A DNA stretch of 64,000 bases from Octopus vulgaris (Eukaryota), in the NCBI GenBank assembly GCA_951406725.2, contig OX597814.1:84444001-84508000 (forward strand), in the 5' to 3' direction. Shown piece by piece: positions 25,301-40,300 of the stretch (positions within the stretch are counted from its first letter, which is position 1; each line of letters begins with the position of its first letter). Under the pieces are notes generated by a model. It had not been told where the DNA came from, did no database searches, and was given only the letters and a program-made list of their open reading frames with translations. A program made the position numbers and the translations under genes.

Positions 25301-28300
25301 TGGTACTTCTCCCTGGCACAAACCCACACTGCCTCTCATCTAAACTAACTCTCTCCCTAATTAGTTGGGCTATGACCCTCTCCATGACTTTCTTTACCTG
25401 ATCCAACAATTTGATACCTTTGTAATTATTCGTATCTAATGCATCACCTTTACTTTTTTAGTAGTTGACTATGGTGCTGCTACACCAGTCATTGGGTATG
25501 ACTCCTTCATGTATCATCTGATTGACTATACAGGTGACTAGACTATAGCTGACACTGCCAGATATTTTAAGCATCTCTGCAGTGATTCCTGATGGGCCGG
25601 GGGATTTCCCTGTCTTCATATCCTTAATTACTTTATCTACCAAGGTACTGTCAATTCGGATAGCTGGGCCCTCAGTTGGGTCAACATTCGGCACACTCTC
25701 TTTCTCTTCATTTAGCAACCTTTCATAGTGGTGTCTCCAAGTCTCTCTCTTTGCAGTCTTATTAAATGCAAGTGAGCCATCATCCATGCAGACATTTCTC
25801 TCCTATGACATCATGATTCTCTCTCACACACTGTCTTGCAACATGAAACATTGACAAGTTTTAGTGCACCTGAGCACTATACACAATAATTTCATTATTA
25901 TAACTGGGACATATTTCATTAACCCTGAAAGGATGAAAGGCAAAGTTGACCTCAGCAGAATTTGAACTCAGACATAAAGATAGACAAAATGTCACTAAGC
26001 ATTTTGTCCTGCGGACTAACAATTCCGCCAGCTCACTGCCTTATCAATGTATGTAATAATAAAAATGTCATTAGACTATATATAGTAATGAGTCTAAAAT
26101 TTAAAAAATCAATTACATCAAAGAACCAGATATTTCCAGAATTGCAAAATACTGACCCTCTGTAATTTAATCTTGCGCATTTCTTCTCTGAGTTTCTCTA
26201 ACACTGCTGTATTGGGTTTGTTGGACTTGGCCTGAGACTGTAATTCAGTAATGCTCTGCTCTTCTTCCTGAAAGAGAATAATGCAGAAAAAAATCCTTTA
26301 GTAAACTAAAGTGCTGACAGAAATGAAATAATAAATACAAGACAACTCAAACTTCTGACAGTTTATTATCCCAGGGAGGAATCCTAAATGGGAGTCTATA
26401 CAATATCAAAACAAGACATCTATGGAAATTCTTTATAATTTTCTTATAATTCATTTTGCCAAGTCTGATTTTTTAAAAATGAAATTATAGATATAATTTG
26501 AAAAATATAATTTTCATAAGTAACAAGAGTCTGATAATGAAATAAATACTTTGTATATGTTGTCTCTGTAATTTCTTTTACTAATAAATCTGAAAGAATT
26601 TTATTAATTAGAATATGTAATAAAATCGATTATAGTAAATGGCATACAGCTGAATGTTGTTTCCAACATCAATCGTTTAAGTTTGATATGAGAAGAGTGA
26701 AAATATTATCATAAATGTAAGATGGGATAAGTGATCATGAAATACCATTGGAATGGTTGGGACTAAGACATATTATTGAGTCAATCAAAACCATGTGAGT
26801 GAATCTGATAAACATAAATTGAAAGAAGTGGTGTGTGTGTGAGAGAGAGAGAGAGAGATTTCCAGTCTTCCATGAAAACATGCCCAAAAGACAAGGGGAG
26901 TTATTACCTTACTTGGAAACATTTGAAGGTTGATGACAGGAAGGGCATCTAGCCATAGAAAATCTATCTCAACAAATTATGCTTGACCCAAGCAAACACA
27001 GAAAAATGGATGTTAAATGAACGGGGATGATGACATTCCAATTTAGATCCTTTTAATTTACTAGCTCAGCCAAAGGTAACTTGTTCCAGAGATCAATTTG
27101 ATAACTAACAATGTACTCATGCTAAAACATAAACATTATATACCATCCAATTTTAGATATATGCAGTTGCTTATAAAAAAAATAAAATTTGCATGGCAAG
27201 CTTTTTTTTATTTAAAGTTTCTTTTTTTCTTCTAATCCTCAATACTTGTTTATTTATTAGTCCTGCTGATAAATGAATGAGTGTTTACAATAAGGAATAA
27301 AAGTGGTAGAAAAAATAGCACTGGTTCAGACTACCTAGTTGTCTAATTTTCTAAATAATTATAGTAAAAAGTTTTTTCTAGTTACTGATATCTTAATTTA
27401 TTTTATATTCTTAACTTATTAATTATTGCCATTGAATAATTATTATATAAAAATAGATGTTCAAGTTAACTCTTCCTCTATTATTTGAAGTAGTCTATAT
27501 TCAGTAACAGAAATGTTTAATTATTTATGGTAAGATCTAATAATGCTAGTAACATCTAATAATGCTAATGACCTATTTATAACATGCTATTTGTTGAGGG
27601 CAAACGGATGTAAATAGTTCAACTGACAGGAATTATGAGGCTGTTGGAGTTGATGCCAACAAAGTATGGCTTGTCTAGAAATGATTTCTTTCGTATGACA
27701 AAAAAATATAAGACAATGAAGAAAATGTATTTAATGGAATAATACATAAAACTTGAAACATCAAGAAGGAAAAATATCTTACTTTCTTTTCACGGATTAT
27801 TTTGAATGAAATTCGACCATACAGCCGTAATAAAGAACCCCAACTGGTAATATGTGGATGGAGACGCTGGAAAAATATTTTAAAAATTTAGTATTCTTCT
27901 TTGTGATTAAATAAGCATAAAATAACAAGTACATAGTACAAATAATTGTATTATAGTTTCCAAAGTCAACTGAATATATGAGGACTTGAGTTTTACTATA
28001 CACATAAAGCTACTTGCTCAAAAAACACTAAAATATTAACCCATTAGCATTTAAACTGGCCATATCCGGCCAAAATATTCTGTCTGTTTATGTTCAAACT
28101 GGCTTTTCACACCAACCCAACAATATCATTCTAAAAATTAATAGTTCCCTTATCAAAATCTGATAGCTACAAGATAATTCATAATTCAAAACAATGTGAA
28201 TAAAAAAGCATTACTTTTGATAAGATAATGTGAATGCTGAAGGGTTAATCCTTTTTTAAGAGGTATAAGTAAGAGTTGAAAATGTATTATAGAGATGTAG

Positions 28301-31300
28301 AAGTATTTATTTTGTATTGGAAATTTATACAATGAACATGTTCATAAAAAAGTTTATGAATTATCTTATATATAAAGTTGTATCAAATTTCCTTAATGAA
28401 ATAAACACAAACAATTTTTATCCTTCAGAAAAAGGAAAATTAAGTCTAATTTCTAAATAAATTGTCAACACCGTAAAACGTACCTGCAATATAGCCTGTG
28501 CAGCTTGTTGTTTTCCTTCTCTTTTATTTTTACACACAACCTGAAAGTAAAAATATACCAGGTAGTTAAATTACTGGGAAATTTAAAGAGTTAAACAAAA
28601 CAAAAATAAAATAAACACAATGCTACCACTAAGCCTAAATTATATTCCTTTACTGGTTTCATTTAGAGCAGTGGTTCTCAACCAGGGTCTATATGGCACG
28701 AGGAGACCCAATAAGATTTTATGTACAATGAATCGATCATATTTCTACCATGTGCAAAATATTTTAATTTTTTATACAGTTCCTAATAATATTTAGTTAT
28801 AAAAATACAATAGGATTTTTTTTATATACAACAAATGGCTATGGAGGTCCAGTAGAGTGAAAAAAGTATCAAAGGGGTCCATAAGTACAAAATGGTTGAG
28901 AACGATTGATTTAGAGCATTTACCAAAAATAACCTTTAATTATAGAAGACAAAAATTGAAATTGTATGTGGAAAAGTTAGAGGGACAATAAATTGTACTA
29001 GAGAACAACTTTAAGCAAAACTGATAAATAGTAACATGAGGAAAGTCAAGATTATATTTCAATTATTATAAAAATTTCATCAAAGGTTCCTAATAATTTT
29101 TATCATTTATCCGTTACTTGTTTCAGTCACTGGAATGCAGGCATGCTGGGGCACCATTTTAAAGGATTTAGTTGAACAGATCAACCCCAGTACTTATTTT
29201 TAAGTTTGGTACTTATTCTATCAGTCTCTTTTGTCAAACCACTAAATTACAGGGATGTAAACAAACCAACACCAGTTGACAAGTGGTGATGAGGGGATAA
29301 AAGAACTTACTGATGCTTTATGCTTCCCAACAGTCATAGTAAATTCACTCTTTTGGTGCTTGAGAGTCTTCATTTCCATTTGACACTGAGTGTCTCCCAT
29401 ACCATAATTCCTACAAAAAAAATTCAAAAAATTATATTTAAATCAAAGAGTTTAATCACCCAAAGTTTGGGAGTAAATTTTGTGTTTAAAAGCTATCTTA
29501 CTTTTTACTCATAATCTTTGGTGCAATCAATCTCAAAAACAGGGAAAGGATTATTGTTGTGGATCTGTTCAATTTGGATCACAGATTTTTTTATTAATTT
29601 TTTTTAACTAAACAGTTTTAAACTTTGAATACTGGTGGAATTTCTTGCCCAGAACAAGGTTTACTTTGCACATTTTTGACAAAATTTCATATTTTAGAAG
29701 TTATTTCATGTTAAAGTTGTCATATTTGGGTAATTTTAGCCAATCAATGATGTGTATTCAGTTGAAGAAAGCTACTGTTGTTTGCAATAGTAATCAAAGA
29801 GGAACAGCTTCCAGGTCATCTCTACTAAATGTCACTACTCTGTTCTATTTGTATGTCAAGTGAAGAAGGTGCCACCTTTATCCTTTCTAGTCAGGACCCT
29901 GCATTCCTTACTCTTTCCCTCCCTACAGGTAGACAGCCACATCTACACTATCAACTAGCAACCAAACTGTCACTGCCACTACAATTACCATATTTTCCTG
30001 TGTATAAACTGCTATTTTTTACTTGGGAAATTTAGTGAGGCTTATAGAAAAGTGCGCTTAATATGTGTACTTTTTTTATAAGTTTCAGGAGGAAAATAAT
30101 TTGTGTATGGAGATTGACCGATTCCACTGATTTTTTTCAGAGGAAAGATCGGTTGGTGAACAATGTGAAAGACTATAGCAACAGTACATTGGTGCCTGGA
30201 AGAAAACAAAGCATACTTGTTTTACCTTCATATTTTGATAATGTTATTTTTAATCTAATAAAGACTTTTATAATGACAAAATGTGTTTGTTGTTGATTAT
30301 AGTAAGATAAAATTATAACAATAACAATACATCTCATAGTTAAAAAAGCATGTAATATGCAACCCAGGCAGTAAACAAAAAATAAAATAGAACAGAGTGG
30401 TGACATTTAGTTGAGATGACCAGGAAGCTTTTCCTCTTCGATTACTATCACAAACAGCAGTAGCTTTCTTCAACTGAATAAACATCATTGATTGGCTAAA
30501 ATTACCCAAATACAACAACTTCAACACGAAATAACTTCTAAAATACGAAATTTTGTCAAAAATGTTCAAAGTAAACTGTGTTCTGGGTGAGAAATTCCAA
30601 AGTTTCAAATTGTTTAGTTAAAAAAAAATTAATTAAAAAATCTGTGTGCCAAACTGAACAGATCCATTGTTGTAGTCATTTAGCCCCAAGTTGACCCTGA
30701 TTAAGCAGACATATGAGCAAAAGCATCCCAGCATTAATCATCCCATCTTTAAGACACCATGTATCTAATACTACAATATCCAACATAGTCTTAAATATCA
30801 TCTTAGACAGCAGTCTGTGATCGAAGGGAAATTTGTGTTATTCCTGGCAGGTCAATTAGATATGTAGAGGCTCTTTTTTTGGCTCAGGAAAGAGTACATT
30901 GTATATGTGCATGGTGACTGAATGGCAATGTGGAGTGGCACAAAATTTTGGTGAGTGAATAAATCACTAAAACTTGAAGAGTTATACACAGAGAATTAAT
31001 TTACTCATGCTCAAACAAATCAGAGTATGAGTTACATTAAAAAACAAACAAAATATCGCTTACAGAAACTTATAGAAAAATTAGATTTAAAATTACATAT
31101 TCCAAAGAGGCAAGGAGATCTGAGTAAGATCTAATAATGCTAATGACCTATATTCTTTTACTATCTTAAAAGCCACATTCCATGCAGACTTTTAAGCTAG
31201 CTCCTGTTACAGTAGGAAAATTTATTGGATAAAAAATAAGAAAAAGCAAAACACAATGATGCCATTCATAAAATCCAATTTGTACACAATTGCCCTAAAT

Positions 31301-34300
31301 GTTATCATTCTTACTTTATATCAATCCAGGCAACTTGCATATATATCAGATTTATAGAAAAGCACTGGAAACTGTTGAATTTATATGCAATATAATTAGG
31401 GAGATTGAGAATTGTTCCTTCTAAAACTATAACAACTAATCATTTCCACTATTTACTAATTTCCCAACAACTTCAATGAAATATTATCCTTAATGAAGGA
31501 AATATCTCTCATCCTCAGAAGAATAACCTCACATAAAAACAAAAAAATGAGAAAGCTTTCCTTGTTGAAACCCAATGCTTACCTGCGGAGACATTCTAAT
31601 AAGATCTGATAGGGTGTTGGCTGTCCAGCTTTATTACAAAGTTCATAGACACGGGGGTCTTCTATTTTAATTTCATCAAAAAACTGAAACAAATGAGCAT
31701 TATTCTGTTAAATGATTTCAGAAAATTTAACATTAGGACAAACTGCATAAACTGATTCTAGGATAACACAAGCTGAAGAAAAAGAATATGCTTTAATGAA
31801 AACAAACTTAGGTTTACAATAGATACAACACTAACTTCAATACATTTCAAACAGACTTAAATTTAGATTTGACAAATCAATAATTTGATTTAGGAAAAAA
31901 AAAAACCATTCCTTTAGGCACTTCTGAAATTACAATTCTATAATATTCAATTACCATTTTTTCCAGAACACACTTATTTTCCTCCCATCTCCATTTCAAC
32001 ACAGTTGTTTTGTTCACATGCACCAACAGTACTACTAAAATCCCAGCAACATTCACAGATTATTCATCACATGTACTTAACTTGTCTATATTAATAGATC
32101 ATCTGTACTTTACTAGTATTAAAGAGTGACTGACTGAGTCGTTAATAACAACAACAGTCCACTAAATTTCTTATACATTCGTTTTAGTTATTCTCAGTTA
32201 AGTATATATAGTATTGTATTAAGCCATTATAATAACATGATAAAATTTACTTACAGACAGATCTTCAGATTCATAACTCTTGTTGTCTTCTGTCATCTTA
32301 TTCATTTCAGGAATTAACACTTTAAGTGTTGCTTTCGCTAAAATGAGAAATAAAAAAGCCAAAAATAATGAGCTTTCATGTAAACAATAGAGAGATTGAA
32401 ACAATGTTTCACAGTTTGGTTCAACTCAAACCAATATATATATATATAAAAAAAAGAAACATTTAACTGAACATTGTTTCATGATGTAATAAAGCTGAAA
32501 TCTTCATACACAAATATCAATTACAAGTCAATGGAGAATCTTTAACCTGTTAGCTTTCAGATTATTCTGCCAAATGTGATGCTTATTTATTCACATTACT
32601 TCAAATTCATCATAAATTATCTCATAGCTTTGAAATGTTGATGGTATGATCTGACCAGCTTAAATTCTAAAGGGTTAATAAAATTTACTTAATAAGCCAA
32701 TATAAACTAATAAACTAAATATAATTTCTAAGTGTTCAGGCCATAATCTATACAATAAGATACACCTTAAAGACTAGATAGCAAAGTTCAGTAAGCTACT
32801 TGAATAATATATTTTGAACACACTCAACACTGCTTGAGAATGCAAGATGGCTCAATCACTAGGGTACTGGATAACTAGCTGAGAGGATTGCACTGTATAT
32901 CCAGTCGCCAGTATTGTGTTGTATCTGTGTTTAAGACAAATTGTAATGGTTAAGTTCACCTAACAGTAAACAGGTATCATAAATGTTAATAATTCTTTGT
33001 TGTAAACAGATTCAGCACTGTGTAAGTGAAGAGAGCAGAGTTCAGTTGCACTTTTCAAGAAAAGCTGTGACAAACATTCTTTACAAGGGAATATTTTTTT
33101 CTCTCAACTCGACACTCCAGGAACCAGAGAGAGAGGCACCACCTCTATATATCTTTGTGATTCAGAAAGAAGAATTAGCATTACAGCTTAATGATAGTTA
33201 AATGTACTCTGCAACAAAAAGTCTAAGGATGACTCAAGCAGAAATAAGCTTGTTTTTAATATTTGTCACAATCATCATCATCTAACATCCATTTTCCATG
33301 CTGGTATGGGCTGGACAGTTGGCAGGAGCAGGCCAGCTGAAAAGCTGCCCAGGCTCCCAATATTAAATACATTTTAAAGCAAAATCTAAATGAACGGTAA
33401 ATGAATAAATGTAAATTAATTCACCTGCTTCCATCTTAGCAGCTTTTTTGCTTCCAGCAAATCCCGTACCATATTCCACATCATTTATCACAATAGTTGC
33501 ACTGTAAGGAGTTTGAGCATTTTCTACAAAATTAAAGAAAATAGTTTTATGGATTTTCAAAATTAAAACAACAGTAGAAAATCACAAAAATTAAGCAATG
33601 TTTTTTTTTTCACAGCTTTAAAAATTGCAAAGAAAAATAGGAACGAAAAAAAAAACAAAAAAAAAAAACTTACCGACTTCTCTAAAAATATATCGTGGTT
33701 GTACCCGCATTGTATGCTGGACGTATTCATGTAGTATACACACATAAGACTTGCCACTAGGGTTTAGAACAAATTCTGAAATAAAAAGTTGTACATCAAC
33801 TCTCAAGCTAATCTATATGAGTAGAACTGACAGTATCATACCTATGAGTTTTATTTGGGGAATAAACCACCTTAATGCTACATTTATGAAGCAGCCAAAA
33901 GAGTGTAGTTAATGAGAGGACAGTAAATCTCACCCAATCACACTATTTCTTGCAAATTCATGCAATTTTATATGATATGTTGGAACAAGTAATTCAGAGA
34001 TAAACTTTGAACTGCTAACCACTTACCTATAAAGTAGGAGTGTGGGACTAATTTCACCTTCTGATTACCCATTATCTGATCTATCTACAAGTTTATTCTA
34101 CTGCCATTCTCCATACTTCTGGTATTGCCACTTATCACCTCTTCTGAACTAGACCCATTTCTTTCACCTTCCCTCTCATACTATTATTTACCATCAACTA
34201 CACTTACGCCTTGTTCTAGTTCCTAGAGTCACCTCTGAACCTGCCCATGACTACCTGTCACTCTAATGAACTTATCCATTCACCCTTCCCAATTTTATAT

Positions 34301-37300
34301 CCATATTCTCAAATACACTCACCTTCTTGTATCTTGAGAGGACTCTTTAACACCTTGTCACCATCAATATTGTCTTCTTTCCAGCTCTTCCTATCAACTC
34401 TTATATAATGTAGGGCAGCCTTGTATCTCCTCTTTAGTAAGACATCTGTGCAAATTTCTGTCATACTTTAGCCTCTAAACATCTGGCATACAGTCACCTC
34501 CCACACTAAGTGTAGGGGTTTCTTTTTCTTTGTCTTGCAAGTTACTTGGCAATCTCACTAATGCCAGTATCATGTAAAAAAGCCCCCAGTACACTCACAA
34601 AAGTGATTAACACTAGGAAGGGCATCCAACCTTAGAAATCATGCCAAAACAGTTCTCCAGCTCATTGGACCCTGTCAAACTGTCCAATCCAACCCAGTAT
34701 GGCAGAAGAAGATTCAATGATGATGATGAAACCAAAGAAAACCTTTGTGGCAGTACTTCCTCAAAAATACCATTCACATAAAAAACAATAGATGAGCTTG
34801 CGTTAGCATTTAATATAATTAACTTTAAAAAGTCTAATTAGAAATATGCCTGGAGTGAAGACAATATTAGTCAATGACAGAAGACCGCAATCTGTGGCAA
34901 GGGTGACAGCTGTGTTCAAGACTCACAACTTCCAGCCGTGAGGATGGCCCTGTTCATTCATTCAACATTATTTTAATTATTCTGGCATGTATGGGAGATG
35001 ACTTCTGACATGTTTCACTCTTCCTAGATCTCAGAGTTAATCAAAACTTCACTATACATGCACAACAAAATAGTGATGAGATAGTTACTAACTAAAAACA
35101 AATGGCGGTGCCTCAGCATGGCCACAGCTCATGAGCTGAAACTAGAATCAATCAATCATTACACACTAATTGGCATATTTTAGAGAATAAATGACTCAGG
35201 GGTCACACTAGAAGAAATATTGTAAGGTTTAACCTTTTAACCTCATGAATTTGTGGTGTGTAATCAATCCATCATTGGAACAATCCTAATGTTTTAATAT
35301 TTAGTAATTACCTCGCCGTCGATTCACTTTATCATCACCCTTGCTTGAAGGAACAGGGCAAGTTATTAGTTTGGTATTTGAGGGCTGTAAGTAAAAAAAA
35401 AAAATATACCAAAACAGTATTCATCAGAGCTTTGTGTTACAAACTTGTAGATATAAACACTGAAACTTTATTTCGCCATAATTGTGCCACAGAATTCTAT
35501 ACCAAATCATTTCATAGCTTTAAAAAGAAACAACAAATACTCAAAATTTTGATAAAAAGACTGTTTTTCCCCTCAAAAAGACTCATATGAATTAATCTAT
35601 GTATGGTTGTGTAGTGATGAAGTTTTCTTTGCAACCATGTAGGCTCAGGTTCAATCCCACTGCACAGCACCATAACCTCAGATCAACTAAAGCAAGGGTT
35701 CTCGACCATTTTGATTACTATTTTATTCTGGTGAACTCCCATAGCCATTCAATATTTAAAAACTAGTCTTATAGAAATTTCTTTCAAAATTCTATTTTGT
35801 TTTTCACATTAACTTGTGTAGGTTGAACTATGTAAAACGTTAAAGAAAGAAATCTAGGTGTTTCTTCCAATACATATTGATACATACATCTAAAGTAAAA
35901 AATTTTTCAGGGGCTCTTGAAATACTATTGTGGATCCCCAATTTACAATTTGGTTGCGTGGACCCCAAAAATCTTATATGGTAGATGGAAATGGTATGGA
36001 AGACCACTTGAAACAGAATTCACTACATTGCAAGAATTCAGATAACTTCCTCCTACCACCACCACCACCCTCAAAGATTTTGAAAAGGACCATGGCCAAT
36101 ACCCTTCTCTGACAAACCAATTAAAAAGGACAGCATGAAATAGGAATGAAAATGTCAAATTTTCATCTACTTTTACTTGACCTTCTTTCTGTTGACTCTC
36201 AAGCTGTTTCAAATTTTTTCATTATTAATTCAAAAGGACTTTAATTCATATAAATTGTGATTGGGGAAATACTTTTAACAGAAAAATAAACTTAGGTATG
36301 TATGTGTGTGTATACGCATATATATAAACACACTGATGAAAAATGCACTTGTATTTAAAAAGAATATCCTCTAACCAAAAAAACTCATTTTAAGTGCATG
36401 TGTGTGTACACAAATAAAGATAAATTGACTTTTTTTGGTTAAAGGATATTCCTTTTAAATATAACTGCATTTTTCATCAAGTGTGTTATTTTTCAACATT
36501 TTAGAAATAGCGAAGTATTTATGTTGCAAATTTGCTGCAAGCTTTTAAAATTTGCAGAATTATCTCAAACAATTTTGATATGCTATATGAGAGGATGAAG
36601 AAAATTTTGTATTAATGCATGACAATATAAATTGCATGTTATTCAGTAGATCATTATCTACTTGAATTATTTAAAATCACGCAATTGCCCCACTTGAGTT
36701 ATTTTCATAGGTAACTTTTTGTAATTAATGAAAAGAATGTTACTCAAATGTGAAAATTGATATAGAGAAATATCAAATACATCAAATTCAATCCATGGAA
36801 AAACAGATGTATAATGATGGTAATGCTGATGATGAAGTTTGCCACAAACAAACTTCCATGACAAAAGGCATAATATAAATTTACTTACTAAAGCTGGCCG
36901 TGATTGCTTTTTCATTAAACTCATGTGACGTCTTCTTTCCTTCCATGTTCTGCAAGAGATAATCATGATTACACAAAGGAGTGGCAATAATGAAATAAAT
37001 TTAAAAGAATCAAGAGTTTTCAACCTACATCCTATGATGTTCCCAGTTTTTAATTATTCTACTTAGGTAGCAAAAAATTAGTGGCTTGGAAAAATACTGA
37101 TTCAATTGACTGACAATAAACCCCTTGAATCCTGCCAAGATACTCAATAGATGGATAAGGTATGAAATGACAAGTGAAGTGTCAGTTCTGTCTTTTATGT
37201 GGTCACTGTTTATGTATAAAAGATATTCTGCATAAATCACTAACAAATGGGCACAGAGAAATGATTGTTGTTGTTTAGCCTCAAGTAAACCATAATCAAA

Positions 37301-40300
37301 CCAACTTACCATAAAAGGCGTCCTACATATGACTATTATACCATTTTGTATATCTAAGACTGTTATCCAATGTTTTTATTTTTTAAGATGATAGGATGCA
37401 ATTTAAAGAAGGTTGCTATTTGTAGCAGGTACAGCAACAACATAGAGACTCCTGAAACACCAACAGGCGATTCTCAGTCAAACATAGATACAAGACAAGT
37501 TAAGTACCATCTTTTATGTAGACAAGTCAACCAATTCCTTAAATGTTTTGTTTACAAATCCATATTGGTTGTTTGCAGAAGAATGTATTTCTCTTTGATA
37601 AAAACACAAAGCAACACAAGTTTTAAAACATAATGCTGGGAACCAAACTCAAACAAACACAAAGGACTAGCACAACACTATTACTTGAATTTCAATAGTT
37701 CAGAAGCTGACCGTTGTGTATTGAAATCTTAATCAGTATCAAACAAAATGCTATACATTTGTTTAAATAATTAAAAACTGCCAGTCACATGGCATGCATG
37801 AGTTTTATATGAACTTATCTACTTTTTTTTGTATACATTACAATCAAAATAAACAGGGACATATAGTTGATTCCATTTCTACAGGATTATGGTTGATATT
37901 GCTACTCCTTTTCATATGTTCTGTTGGTTGTTCTTCCACTACGGCAAGATAGGAATTCACAAACAACAAAACTTGGCAATGTCATCGCTGATAGAGCAAG
38001 GAAAATCTCTTGATGACATAAACTTACAGTCAATCAAAGACATCTCAACCTGGTTCATGGCATTCAAAGCAAAAGTTTATGCAGACGAATTAAAGGATAA
38101 CCTACAAAGTAATGACCAAAGTCCTATGGCTATGAAATTCATTTCTTTGGTAGAAATTCCGTAATTAAAAATTATCCAAGATATTAATATCTTGAAGAAT
38201 ATTATAAAAATGACTTACAATGATCTAAAAAATTCAATTCTATATCACATTATTCATTCAAAGAAACTGATACTAGCCAAAAGAACAAAATTCTTCTCCA
38301 CTATTCAACAACCCAATGAATCAATTTCTCAATTTCTTTCAAATCTGTGACATGCCAGTGAATACTGCGATTTTGAAAGTCTGAAAACATCTAAAATGCC
38401 AGTGAGTGAAAAACTTACACTGTCTTGGCTGTCAGTCAAAGCAGCACCAAGGAAAGAGAGAAAGTTCTTCAAGCTAATGATGTTAACAAACTCAGTTTAG
38501 AAGCTACAGTACAATTTTTACAACATGCTTTGCAAATATCTGAATTTTGCAACAACACTTCAAAAGGAGAAATCAATGCCTATTCCAAAACAAATGTGCA
38601 AAATAAAAGAAAAAATTTGAGAGACCAATCCTGTTACTGCTGTGGAAAACTTTAGTTTCCACACCATAAATGCCCTGCAATAAAAGCTATCTGCAAAAAC
38701 TGTGGCAAGAAAGGCCACTATACAAAAGTTTGCTAAAGCGCCAAGAATGATCGCAGGATGAGTCATCAGGATGAAATCATGACTTTTATCAGTCACGCAT
38801 TGGAAAAGCCCAAGTTTGAATCTGCCTCATTTAATGGGCACATGATAGACATGATGTATGATAAAGGTGCTCCCTGCAGCATTACCTCATCTGTAATAGC
38901 AAAGGATAATAGCATGACAATTACATGGCAACATACTTCAAACTAATCGTATGATGTACACCACATGGAATGCATTGGGGACGCTTGCCTTACAGTGAAA
39001 CAAGGAGGTTGGTAATTCCTCCATACTTTTAAAATAATTAAAGGTAACCACAGATATGGTCTACTAGGTTGTGACCTGCTCAATGTTGAAAAAATTTGCA
39101 GTATTGTGTCATTTCTGCCAATGATAAAAGGAGAGCAAGCTTCTGTCAAATTAATACTTAATGCCTCCGATAGATACTGTGCTGCTAGAAGCATATCTAT
39201 TACTCTCAAGGAAGATGTAGCAAAGAAAATAGATGCACTGGAAGCCAAAGGTGTAATTAAAAACTGTGCGCTGGGTGGTATACTCAAAACTTCTCCAGTC
39301 ATGTGGATTAGAAAGAAAAATGGACTGCACATGTGTCCCAATTAAATGAAAAAATATGCACGGAAGCTTATCCTTTGTCACAAATAGAAACCATGTCCAG
39401 CAAGCTTAGTGGTGCAAGATTCTTCACTAAGATTAACTTAATCAATGCATACTAGCAGATCGAACTCAATGAAAAGAGTCAAAAACTCTGCACCATCAAT
39501 ACTACAAGAGGAGTATACTTGGTTATGTGAATACAGATGGGGATGAAAAATAGTTCTGCAATTTTTCAGCATGCTATAGAGAATGTAATGCTCAAGCGAC
39601 TAAAAAATTTCATTGCCTACCAAGAATATAATTGTCTTTGTTAAGACAGAAGAGAGCCTGAATAAACTTTTAAATGCCATCCTCGGAAGACTACATGAGA
39701 AACAAGGCTGTGTCAACAAAAGAAAAATGTGTTCAAAATACTATAAGCATCACATTTTTAGGCCGCGGGATATTGGCAGAAGGAATTAAACCTGCAAAGG
39801 AACTCACTCACAGAATCATAGCATTAAATCAGCCAAAAACACTGAGGAACTGCAATCTTTTCTTGGGTTAATCGGATACTTTCGGCAATTCATTTCAAAT
39901 ATCAATGAGAAAACAATTAGCATGCAGAAACTAGCTACTGCCAATTGTTTTCAGTGGACAAACAAGTGTTAATTTAGATTCAAGAATATTAAAGATGAGC
40001 TATGCAAAGAACCAGTGTTGAAGCCATTTGATCTATACCAAGCTCATGATGGATGCATCAATGAACAACATTGCTGCAATACTTTCACAAAATGGTCACC
40101 ATGTGTGTTAAGAAAATTGACACCTGCTGAATCTAATTGGTCAAATATCAAATGTGAATTTGCCATCGTATGGGCCATTACCCATCTCAAACAATTTCTG
40201 CTAGGTAAAAGGTTCAAACTCAATATGGATCATAGACCCTTAAAATATATCTTCCACCCAAAAAAGCTGATCCCAATGAATGTTTCTGCTAAAATCAGAC

